From Gammaproteobacteria bacterium (lineage in GTDB: Bacteria > Pseudomonadota > Gammaproteobacteria > Eutrophobiales > Eutrophobiaceae), in the NCBI GenBank assembly GCA_965215365.1, contig CBDCDS010000003.1, forward strand, positions 2,304,001-2,368,000: 64,000 nt of DNA, in the 5' to 3' direction. The position numbers and the translations under genes were made by a program. The notes below the pieces were generated by a model, which was not told the DNA's origin, did not search any database, and saw nothing but the letters and a program-made list of their open reading frames with translations. Position 1 is the first letter of the stretch; each line of letters starts with the position of its first letter. This document shows positions 30,036-39,042 of this stretch, in pieces.

Positions 30036-32111
30036 TCATGCAGCTCCGGTGACGGGGCAGGTGGCGGCCTCGGCAGAGGCAGCGTTGGCAGACGCGCGCG
30101 GCGGGCGGCTGGACGCTGGCTTTAGCTCATGCCGCTGCTCTGCAATCCGGAGCTTCATCTTGCGGGTTGGCTTCATCGTCGGGATGGGATGGATCCGAAG
30201 CTGGTAGTCGGTGGGCACCATCTCGAAGCGGAAGTAGTGAATGAGCATCAGCAGACTGACGGCCAGGTGGAGTTCCACCCACCGCAAGCCCAGACACGTG
30301 TGGGTGCCCAGGCCGAAGGGAGCATAGCTGGTACTCCACTGGGTCTTGTTATCCTCCTTCTGGTGTCGTTCGATGTCGAAGGAAAGGGGATCGGGGAAGA
30401 CGTCTTCCATATAGTGCGTGGCCGCATGGACAAGGTGGATTTTTGCGCCTGCCGGGAGTTCGTAGCCCTCGACTACGCAGGCATTCATCACCGTTCTGAT
30501 GCTCATCGGGATGATCGGGTAGAGACGTTGGGACTCCATGAAGAAGCGGTAGGTGAGATCGATTTCCGATTTGCTCAGGTGATCCGCGTCGGGGTCGCCC
30601 GCGGCAAAGACTCTGTCAGCTTCATCTTGAATCCGCCGGTACAACTCGGGCTGACGCAGCAGGTTGTAGAGCGCAAAACTCATCGCATTGCCCATATAGA
30701 GGCTGACGATCAGGGGAGAAATCAGCGAGAAGGGAAGATCCGTCTCGGGCAGAAACTGCGGATCGGCAGCATGTAAACTCAGCACATCGTCCACAATGTC
30801 GCGCGGGCAGCCGGTGCGCTGGGTCGGCGTATGCACAGCCATAATGCGGCTCACCAAATCGCCGATGCGCTTCTTGCGCCGCCTCATGCCTGGAGTTTTC
30901 AGCATGAATTCCGGGAACGCCCGCAGCACATGCGTCGCCAGCGAACGCTCCTTGAACCTGATCAAATCCCGGAATTCGTCTTGGGTGTTGACACCGACTG
31001 AGAGCTGAGAAAATGTTCCATTGATGAAATCCTGGCAGGCCCGAACGGTGGGTAAAATATCGCCGACCTTCCATTTTGCCAGGTGTTCGCGGGAGTAGTG
31101 GTACAACTCGTCGAGGCGGTCAGCCAGTGCGGTGCGCGAGTAGGTTGCCTGAATAGCCTTGCGCATGCGGAAGTGATCGGCGCCATCCATCGAGGGCAGA
31201 ATACGCGAGGCGCCATACACCTGCTCGAATCCCGACAGGTAGTCCTTCGAGCGCAAGTAGCTGCGACCGACCCGCTGCATCCAGTGATTGGCTTCGGGCC
31301 CCACGAGAACGAGCATCCCCCCCTTCTGGAAGGGTGCCTTAAGCCTGAAGACAGGTCCGTTCTTGCGGGCTATGTCGGCAAAGAGCGCGGGGATATTTCC
31401 AGTCCGCAACAGCGGATTGAAGAGTACATCACGCAGCGGAGCCGTGGGAATCGGCTTGGTGCCCAGAACACGGCGAAACTGCGGCTGGGTGATGCTCTTG
31501 GCGGTTGCCTCGCCAATGGAGCGGCCGACGATATCAAGTTTGCAAACAAAGTCGATGCGCCGGGTGGCTTCCTCGTCCAAAGGGAAAATTAAATGAAGCA
31601 CCTCGCACGAATTGGCGAGTGCGACCAGAATTGCGTCCGTCGGATGGGGGATGTCGCCCACGAGCAGAACCTTGGCGATCCGCTCCTTGACGAATTCACT
31701 CGGTATGTGGTCGGGCGTGGCGTAGGCATCCGTCTGCCAGGTGCCTTGGGAGAGAGACCAGAAACCGCCGCTATGGTAGTTCAGGATTCCATTTTTCTCA
31801 AGGCTATCCAAGGTGGCTGCCATGATCTCTTCGGAGCGCGGCGAGAGGTGTTCGATCCAGTACCGGGTGTCTCGCTTCTGCGACTCGTCGCCGATCTCCT
31901 TCAGGATGGAATCCAAATGGGGATCTTCGGTAGTAGTTGGGTCAACGACGAAGAGGTGCTCCAGATCCATGTCAATGCGCCCCAGAAGCGACAGTTCGGC
32001 AAGGCATGCACCCATGACCGCGCAGTTCAGGTTCCAGCCAGGAACCTGATGAAAATAGCCGCTCTCCTCATTGAGCAGCAGCAGCACCAACTCATGCACC
32101 AAATTATTCAC
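30036..32111 (-). CDS. GPP34/GOLPH3-domain - cytochrome P450 fusion
   Basis: N-terminal ELVLLLLNEESG...GACLAELSLLGRI; C-terminal ESQRLYP (ExxR), FPDPLSFDIER, FGLGTHTCLG. Confidence 0.85.
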   Translation of the reverse strand: MNNLVHELVLLLLNEESGYFHQVPGWNLNCAVMGACLAELSLLGRIDMDLEHLFVVDPTTTEDPHLDSILKEIGDESQKRDTRYWIEHLSPRSEEIMAATLDSLEKNGILNYHSGGFWSLSQGTWQTDAYATPDHIPSEFVKERIAKVLLVGDIPHPTDAILVALANSCEVLHLIFPLDEEATRRIDFVCKLDIVGRSIGEATAKSITQPQFRRVLGTKPIPTAPLRDVLFNPLLRTGNIPALFADIARKNGPVFRLKAPFQKGGMLVLVGPEANHWMQRVGRSYLRSKDYLSGFEQVYGASRILPSMDGADHFRMRKAIQATYSRTALADRLDELYHYSREHLAKWKVGDILPTVRACQDFINGTFSQLSVGVNTQDEFRDLIRFKERSLATHVLRAFPEFMLKTPGMRRRKKRIGDLVSRIMAVHTPTQRTGCPRDIVDDVLSLHAADPQFLPETDLPFSLISPLIVSLYMGNAMSFALYNLLRQPELYRRIQDEADRVFAAGDPDADHLSKSEIDLTYRFFMESQRLYPIIPMSIRTVMNACVVEGYELPAGAKIHLVHAATHYMEDVFPDPLSFDIERHQKEDNKTQWSTSYAPFGLGTHTCLGLRWVELHLAVSLLMLIHYFRFEMVPTDYQLRIHPIPTMKPTRKMKLRIAEQRHELKPASSRPPRASANAASAEAATCPVTGAA

Positions 32112-32172
32112 AGGCTACCTCTTGCTTCTCCGGAGTAGAGCTTCAGGACAATTCAGGTCAGCGCCCGACAGT

Positions 32173-32685
32173 TCAACCGGGCGCGTCCCGCCCGCTCGCC
32201 CCACCAGCCAACGACGACCCCGCCTCCACATACGCCTTCACGGCCTCCACATCGGCGGTAATGCCCTTTATGGCCGCCGGCCGGAGAAAGGGTGTAACCA
32301 GCTTGCCCATGAAGCTGATCGGCTCTATCCGCACCAGCATGTCGAGTTGGGCCTGGTCGCCGCTTTCATTGGGCGTCACGGTAAAGGTTGTGTGCCAGAG
32401 GGCTCCCGCCTCCTCGGTCACCAGCTGGACCATACTGCCATCCTCGAAACCGGTCACCTCGCTTTCAGTTGCTGACAGGCCAAAGACCCTCGCAAAGAAC
32501 GCCTGCACGCCGCTGAAGCGGCGGGTCTCATGAAATCGGGCGCCGACTCCGGTTTCATTTTCAGTGAGGAAATGCACCGTATCAATCTCTGGAATCGCCT
32601 TGCCGTAGTTGCGGCCATTGGCGACGACATCGAACACGGCCGGCGCTGTTGCGGCGATAGTCCGGCTGATCTTAATTGGCTTCAT
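32173..32685 (-). CDS. SRPBCC/START-family ligand-binding protein
   Basis: ISRTIAA...VFDVV, GVGARFHETR, C-terminal helix DVEAVKAYVE. Confidence 0.8.
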   Translation of the reverse strand: MKPIKISRTIAATAPAVFDVVANGRNYGKAIPEIDTVHFLTENETGVGARFHETRRFSGVQAFFARVFGLSATESEVTGFEDGSMVQLVTEEAGALWHTTFTVTPNESGDQAQLDMLVRIEPISFMGKLVTPFLRPAAIKGITADVEAVKAYVEAGSSLAGGASGRDAPG

Positions 32686-32918
32686 ATCTGATTAATCTCC
32701 TCTTCCTCGTTGTCGTTTCTTGCCGCGGGTTCCCTGCTACAGGTGTTGAGAGAGGTCTCTTGATGCACGATAAAAACAGTTGCTGCACAACAGCAGCATA
32801 GCCTCAGGAACAACTGCAGTATATCAGACATTTCAAGACCTGTGTTACGAACTGTTACGAACACACCTCTTCAAAATTCGGACGATGCGGGTCTCATTGA
32901 CGGGTTGCGCAAAGCGGT

Positions 32919-34298
32919 TCAGGCTTTGCGCAACCGCCAACCGTACATCAGGCGACCATAAAAGTTAAACCACTTGCGCGTTTCTTCATTATCGAAAGGG
33001 TAGTCGGCGCCCAGTTGCCTGGCAGTAACCAAGCCGGTAATGAAGCAGGTTTCCTGACTGTTGATCAAGGTATGCGCGCCGCAGTGCCAGCTGCGCCGTT
33101 TGCCCTGGATCAGGCGGAACAACGGCACCAGCAAGGCCACGTGGCGCACGTCATGCACGACATGCTGGAACCACCACTTCCTGACGATTTTGTTCTCGTC
33201 AATGGGAGTAATCGGGTTGTAAGTCACCAGACACGGCTTGTCCGAGCTGTTTGCCCAAGGCTGCTGATTGTGCATGATATAGGTGATTTCGTAGTTATCC
33301 GGTCTGACGCCGTACTGTTCTATGTGGTTGCTGCGGGTAGTGAGCGGTTTGACATCGTTGTCCGGCAGCACCGAGGCATCCGAATGCACCACAGTGTGGT
33401 TGTGTAACTCACTCTCGTAGCGCACGGACGAGAGCAGAAAACTCTCCAGCAAGCTCGGCTGGTCCAACATCATCAAGGTCTGATTAGCGTTGCAAGCGAA
33501 TACCACGTCATCGAAGTTCTCCCGTTGACCCTGTTCATCCTCTATCACGACTTCATCTGCATAGCGATACACCTTGCGCACCGGCCGGTTAAGGTAAATC
33601 CGCTCCTGAAAGCCTGCCGACATCTTTTCATAAACATGCCGCGTGCCCCGGTCCCAGGTTTGCATCGGCGTGGCCGCTTCGATATCAAAGAACTCCAGGT
33701 AGCGGGCGAACAGCGACGCCGGCATGTCAAACACGTTTGTGGCCATGAGAAAGTTAACGAACATTGGCTTTAATATCTTGTAGCGGAAGTCGCCGGAAAA
33801 CCTGCCTAGGTTCAGCAACATGCCCATGCTGAGGTAATTAAAGGGATTGATGGCATTGAGCAGGCGCGAGCGCGAGCGGTTCAGCCGGCCCAACCACTGC
33901 AACCCCCTGAGCATCTTCTGAAACTTCTTGATTTCCGGTTGTAATGCGCGCCTGATATCGGTGTCGAAATCATGCGCGTACAGGCCGCCGCGGTATTTCA
34001 CGCTGTAACTGAAACGGGTATCGACCAGGTCGATGTCATGTTCCTGCATGAACAGCAGGATATGATGGTACACCGTAGGGATGCAGGCGGTGACGGAAAT
34101 ATCGAATGGAATGGAGGAGCCATCATCCTGCGGCATATCCGCAGTGTAGGCATTGCCGCCGACGCGGGACTGCGCTTCGTACAGCCGGAAATCGAACCTG
34201 TCAGGATGCCGATGCAAGGCCCAAGCAAGCCCCAGGCCTGACACCCCGGCGCCAATAATGGCAATTTTTCTCGGCTCAGCAGTGTGGTTAACCCGCAT
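32919..34298 (-). CDS. FAD-dependent oxidoreductase (amine oxidase-like)
   Basis: IAIIGAGVSG, E....VGGNA, IQGKRRSWHCGA, SQETCFITG. Confidence 0.8.
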   Translation of the reverse strand: MRVNHTAEPRKIAIIGAGVSGLGLAWALHRHPDRFDFRLYEAQSRVGGNAYTADMPQDDGSSIPFDISVTACIPTVYHHILLFMQEHDIDLVDTRFSYSVKYRGGLYAHDFDTDIRRALQPEIKKFQKMLRGLQWLGRLNRSRSRLLNAINPFNYLSMGMLLNLGRFSGDFRYKILKPMFVNFLMATNVFDMPASLFARYLEFFDIEAATPMQTWDRGTRHVYEKMSAGFQERIYLNRPVRKVYRYADEVVIEDEQGQRENFDDVVFACNANQTLMMLDQPSLLESFLLSSVRYESELHNHTVVHSDASVLPDNDVKPLTTRSNHIEQYGVRPDNYEITYIMHNQQPWANSSDKPCLVTYNPITPIDENKIVRKWWFQHVVHDVRHVALLVPLFRLIQGKRRSWHCGAHTLINSQETCFITGLVTARQLGADYPFDNEETRKWFNFYGRLMYGWRLRKA

Positions 34299-34570
34299 AT
34301 CTCACCAAGTCGCTTGTTGCATTGTGAAACATTTTTACTCTCAATAAGTTATGGGCACCTCTCACAAACACGAGGTGCCCGTGCAGCACAGGGATGTGCT
34401 GCCAGTAACAGCAAGCACGTAAGTGCCTGAAAATGAAGGAAATGAAAAATTACACTTTTTCATTTCCGTCTCTAAACTTTCATGATCAGGGCGTTGCACA
34501 CCCCGACAGTATGTAAATCTGTAAAATTTACATAGCAAAAATGCCACGGAGGGCATTTTTAGAGGTTACC
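34286..34570. repeat. Composite of repeat families A (34286-34348) and B (34353-34570)
   Basis: Segments match 10466-10528, 19314-19397 and the reverse complement of 36604-36710. Confidence 0.85.
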
Positions 34571-34692
34571 TTATGGTAATTTCTGTTCTTTCCACATAAC
34601 ACACTGCGCTTGATGCGCCCTCGCTGGTCCTGGTTCTGCCTGCGGGCACGTGCTTGTTCAACCATAGCTACGGCTATGGTTTCGGGCGCAGG

Positions 34693-34762
34693 CACCCGCC
34701 GGCAGAACCAGTCCGGCGCGAGCTTCGCATCACCTGGTGAGATCTGCGGGTTAGAGGTAACC
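34693..34762 (+). repeat. Dispersed repeat family A variant 2 with a family-B end
   Basis: Reverse complement of 14221-14281; ends TTAGAGGTAACC. Confidence 0.8.
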
Positions 34763-34842
34763 ATGGCGGTACAATACGACAATGTGGCCAGTCATGCAAA
34801 TTTTGTCCGGGTTCTGTGTTGTCCGGGTCAAACAGGACCTGT

Positions 34843-35086
34843 GCAGCAATTCCCGCTAATGCCTGAGCAGTCATAAAATCCTTACAAATACAGGGTGGAT
34901 TCAGTATACTACCAGGCATTATTCACGTCAAAGGTGAGGTGAGCCATGTCCCGTCCTGCTTTACGTAAGTCGCTGAGTGCCCCGGGTTTGTTAAGTGAAG
35001 TCCGCCGTGTCCGGGTGCGGCAGCTTGCCGCAGAGATTCCAAAAGGCAAACTCCCAACGGCGCAAGAACCGAGGAGGACATTTTAG
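34843..35086 (+). mobile_element. Probable IS remnant (ISNCY-like left end plus transposase N-terminus)
   Basis: CAGCAATTCCCGC end-like motif, then ORF 34946-35086 MSRPALRKSLSAPGLLSEVRR; family assigned from recall. Confidence 0.45.
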
Positions 35087-35092
35087 AGTTTG

Positions 35093-35698
35093 CTATGAGC
35101 CATGTCTCTGCTTTTTCCAATAAATCAAACGGTTATTCGCCGGCATGGGGTAGTCACGTTGCAGCTGCAGGTTTGCCGATGTGGCCAGCTTATTGACCTC
35201 TTCAAAGTGTCGGATACCGCTTTGCGGGTCGCGTTGCTGCAGCCATAAGTCAAACCTTGCATTACTCTCGCTGGTATAGGCGTTGTTGTAGTTGAATGGT
35301 CCGTACATGGCCAGCAAGCCATTGTCGGGAAGCAGCTTTCCTACCCCGCTGAACAGAGCCTTCACGGACTCCCGGCTTATGATATGGATCGTGTTTGCGC
35401 AAAACACTGCATCGACTTGCAGCTCGGGCCAGTACGGCTGGTTGACGTCCAGTGCCAGTGGCGCCGGCGTGTTGGGCAGGTTGGCTTCAGCCAGCCATAA
35501 TTTGATGCCGGCATGGTGTTGCGGGAGCTCACTGCTGTGCCAGACCAGGTGCGGCAGGTTTGTGGCGAAGTAAACCGCATGCTGACCGGTGCCGCTGCCG
35601 ATCTCCAGAACCTGCTGGCAATCGGCAAACAGTGTTTGAATAATTTCCAGAATGGGTTGCCGGTTGTTGTCACAGGCGGCGGAATAGGGTTTGTTCAT
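35093..35698 (-). CDS. DUF938-family SAM-dependent methyltransferase
   Basis: LEIGSGTGQHA, YGPF, SNARFD.WL, MPANN. Confidence 0.92.
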   Translation of the reverse strand: MNKPYSAACDNNRQPILEIIQTLFADCQQVLEIGSGTGQHAVYFATNLPHLVWHSSELPQHHAGIKLWLAEANLPNTPAPLALDVNQPYWPELQVDAVFCANTIHIISRESVKALFSGVGKLLPDNGLLAMYGPFNYNNAYTSESNARFDLWLQQRDPQSGIRHFEEVNKLATSANLQLQRDYPMPANNRLIYWKKQRHGS

Positions 35699-35784
35699 AT
35701 AAAAGGCCAGGGTGCTGCGGCTCGTTGTGTCTGTTCTTGCAAATGAGTCTTGACATCACCTCGCTACAGGTTATTGTCATTGCC

Positions 35785-36405
35785 ATGCCAAGTCTATCAA
35801 AAATTCAGGCATTAACGCTTTGCGCGTTATTCTTGGGTAGCTTCCTGCCTGTGCCCCAAAACCTGGCAGGCAACCTGCTTGCAAGCAGCGGCGCTAAACT
35901 CGACGAGACGCAGGTCCAAGCAGTTGAGAAAGCAGCCATAACTTCGGCCGAGGTAGAACAGCAACGCCAGGCCATCGCAGTGATGCTGGCGGAATACGAG
36001 CTCGAAGGCAGGAAACTGCTGGACGGACTTGATGGAACTGCCGACAGGAACCAGATTGACCGGCAGGCCGGCGCCCTGCTCTCCGCCGGTGAAGAGATCA
36101 TGGGCTGGGCCCGGTTCCGCTTACAACAGTGCGATGAATACCTTAGCAAGGCCCTGGAACTCAAGGCAATGATGCCTGACATTACCCTGGAAGTACTGGA
36201 GCGGGATTATCATCACGATGGCGCGTTGCCGCAAGCGCTGCCGGAGTGCTACCACATCAAAGACACATTCGTACATCCGGCTACAGTGTTGGTGCTGACC
36301 CGTGATGACCCCGCCCTGGGGCAGGAAACCGTTGCCGGCATCAAGGCGGAGCTACAGGAAGTGCTGGGGCACATAGAGGTCGTGCGACAACTGATTGTCT
36401 ATTGA
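35785..36405 (+). CDS. Secreted hypothetical protein with Cys/His motifs
   Basis: Signal-like N-terminus; CDEYL, DYHHDG, CYHIKD..VHPATV. Confidence 0.7.
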   Translation: MPSLSKIQALTLCALFLGSFLPVPQNLAGNLLASSGAKLDETQVQAVEKAAITSAEVEQQRQAIAVMLAEYELEGRKLLDGLDGTADRNQIDRQAGALLSAGEEIMGWARFRLQQCDEYLSKALELKAMMPDITLEVLERDYHHDGALPQALPECYHIKDTFVHPATVLVLTRDDPALGQETVAGIKAELQEVLGHIEVVRQLIVY

Positions 36406-36406
36406 A

Positions 36407-36470
36407 GGGAACCTCTAACCCGCATATCTCACCAAGTCGCTTGTTGCATTGTGAAACATAATTGTTCTCC
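36407..36470 (-). repeat. Dispersed repeat family A joined to a family-B end
   Basis: GGGAACCTC-TAACCCGCATATCTCACCAAGTCGCTTGTTGCATTGTGAAACAT. Confidence 0.85.
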
Positions 36471-36603
36471 CAACTTCGACGGTTTATTTCTCTAACTGAT
36501 TGATTTTATTGAAGGCGCGTTGACCCTCAGGCACTACAATTGCCCTATATCGGCGTTCTCAGGGGCCGGCTATTTGAGCTCGTAGGGGGGTGGAGTGACT
36601 TAA

Positions 36604-36710
36604 GGGAACCTCTAAAAATACCCTCCGTGGTATTTTTGCTGTGTAAATTTTGCAGATTTACATATTGTCGGGGTGTGCAGTGCCCTGATCATGAAGGTTT
36701 AGAGGCACCC
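36604..36710 (+). repeat. Dispersed repeat family B, MITE-like copy with terminal inverted repeats
   Basis: GGGAACCTCTAAA ... TTTAGAGGCACCC. Confidence 0.85.
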
Positions 36711-36878
36711 ATATGTATTGAACCTGGACAAATCATTTGTCTTTGCTGAGGTATAAGGTAGAGTGTGCATGGGTCTTACCTGTGAAACCCATCCGGTGAT
36801 AGTCATTGATCTCGCAAGACATTACACAGACAAGGCTTTTTGATTCTTGGCCTTGCTAACGCGGGATTAGAGAATAAC

Positions 36879-37854
36879 ATGCTCGACTCAAGCATAAAAA
36901 TTGCTGATCAATACAGCCCGGATGAGCAAGCAGTACTTTTCCATGGCAACTGCCTGGACCTGCTGAAAGAGATACCGGAGCGTAGCGTCCAACTGGTTGT
37001 CACCTCTCCCCCTTATAACATCGGCAAGGAATACGAGAAGAAAATAAATATTGACAAGTACCTCAGCCAACAGGCCGAAGTAATTAAGGACTGTGTACGT
37101 GTTCTTTCCGATACGGGAAGTATTTGTTGGCAGGTAGGCAATTATGTCAACGATGGTTCAATCATTCCCTTAGATACAGTTCTGTATCCGATATTTACTG
37201 AACTTGATTTGGTCATGCGCAATAGAGTCATCTGGTATTTTGAGCATGGATTACACTGCACCAGACGGTTTTCCGGCCGCTATGAAACCATAATCTGGTT
37301 TACCAGAAAAACGAAGGAATTCGTGTTTAATCTCGACCCGGTCCGAGTTCCGCAGAAATATCCGGCCAAGAAATACTTCAAGGGACCTAAAGCCGGGCAA
37401 TATTCCTGCAACCCCCTCGGTAAAAATCCGGGGGACATCTGGGATATACCCAATGTCAAGAATAACCATATAGAGAAGACCGAGCATCCCTGCCAGTTTC
37501 CGGTAGGTCTCATCGAGCGGCTGGTCTTGTCGATGACCAACGAGGGAGATTGGGTGTTTGACCCTTTTCTGGGAACCGGCACATCGGTTATTGCCGCACT
37601 ACGCCACAAAAGAAGGGGGGGGCGGCGCTGAGACGGAAAAGAAATACGTCAGGATTGCAAAAGACAGGATACAGAATCAGATAGACGGCACCCTGCGAAC
37701 TCGGCCGATGAATAAACTCAAATATGATCCCGCCACGGGCAACAACAAATTGACCGTGCCGCCATGGGATACTACCGGCGAAGAGGCAATACAAGAGAGA
37801 TTGATGGAGCCCCGCGCAAAATACCATAACGATGAGGGGCCGTTTGCTGTTTAG
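36879..37854 (+). pseudogene. Beta-class N4-cytosine DNA methyltransferase, frameshifted at a G8 run
   Basis: VTSPPY, HPCQFP, DPFLGTGT in frame 1; continuation GAETEKKYVRIAKDRI lies in the +1 frame after G8 at 37615-37622. Confidence 0.82.
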
Positions 37855-38299
37855 TCCGATCGATATGAACAGGTCATTCAAAAAGCTCCTGGAAGATAAA
37901 GGATGGGCAGAAAGTCGCGTCAGCTATTGGGTGACAAAGGATGAGAAGTTGATCAGAAAGACACTCACCATGTCTCCGGAACAGCAAAAACAGGAAATTG
38001 AACGAACAGACTCTTCCCCGATATACAGCTACAACCAGACTGATTTTGTCAAAGACAGGGTGGCAATTGAGGTTCAATTCGGAAAATATTCCTTTGTTGC
38101 ATACGATTTATTTGTTAAACACCTTGCATTTTACGTGGGTGACAAAATTGATGTCGGTGTTGAAATTTTACCCATGAAACAACTGCAATCCCAAATGAGC
38201 TCCGGCGTGTCTTACTACGAAGGAGAGCTGTACAATGTTATTAGGCAGGGACGTGGGGTGCCGGCAGTGCCGCTGGTAATTGTGGGAATTGAAGATTAA
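37832..38299 (+). pseudogene. BglII/BstYI-family type II restriction endonuclease, apparently lacking its N-terminus
   Basis: NQTDFVKDRVAIEVQFGKY, DVGVEILP, MSSGVSYYE; only 155 aa. Confidence 0.75.
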
Positions 38300-38370
38300 A
38301 AATCATCCGCCGCGCTTCGGGCAAGTGGTTAACCGCGTTGGTGCCGGTATAACGCTGAAACAATGCGGAA

Positions 38371-38650
38371 TTGGGCAAGCGCGGCGTGTACTGCCTGCGC
38401 TCTAACCGCACCGACTGGGACGAGGACACCCTCTGGCGCACCTACTTCATGCTCACCGAGGTCGAAGCTGTGTTCCGCGCACTGAAATCCGAGCTGGGCC
38501 TGCGCCCCATCTACCACCACACGCCCGTGCGCGCCGAAGGACACCTGTTCATCAGCGTCATCGCCTACCAACTGGTGCAGGTCATTCGCACCCGCCTGAA
38601 ACACACCGGCGAGCACGCCAACTGGACCACCCTGCGCCGCACCCTCGGCA
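38371..38650 (+). mobile_element. IS1634-family transposase C-terminal fragment
   Basis: GVYCLRSN...Y..LTEVEAVFRALKSELGLRPIYHH...RAEGHLFISVIAY. Confidence 0.85.
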
Positions 38651-38722
38651 GAGGAATGCAGTTCCCGCAAGCTCAGCCGGCAGGCCGGGCGCAGCAGACG
38701 AACTATAACCGAATGTGCCGGT

Positions 38723-38824
38723 TCAGGAGTCTTTGTCCTGGTAAGGATACTTATAGGCCAACCAGAGCAATACAATCGCTCCTATAAAAGTAGTTGCTCC
38801 AGCAGCCAGCAAAGCCATATTCAT
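38723..38824 (-). CDS. 33-aa single-TM small protein (not in ORF track)
   Basis: MNMALLAAGATTFIGAIVLLWLAYKYPYQDKDS; ATGA overlap with the stop of the upstream small gene. Confidence 0.5.
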   Translation of the reverse strand: MNMALLAAGATTFIGAIVLLWLAYKYPYQDKDS

Positions 38825-39009
38825 CGCTTTTTCCTCATATTGCCAAGGGCTAACAAAAAAATGCCAACCAGTGCCAGCCAGATAGCCAACCAAGTGTTTC
38901 CTCCCTCAAGAACGCCGCTCAAAAAGCCGGCAGAGGTAACGATGATACCCAGCCGACGAATATCTTCCAGCACAGTCGGCACATAAAATTCAAAGTTTTC
39001 AAATGACAT
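38821..39009 (-). CDS. 62-aa two-TM small membrane protein
   Basis: MSFENFEFY...two hydrophobic segments, basic tail RKKR. Confidence 0.55.
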   Translation of the reverse strand: MSFENFEFYVPTVLEDIRRLGIIVTSAGFLSGVLEGGNTWLAIWLALVGIFLLALGNMRKKR

Positions 39010-39042
39010 ATCGGTGACAGTATAGCACACGGCAATACTTGA

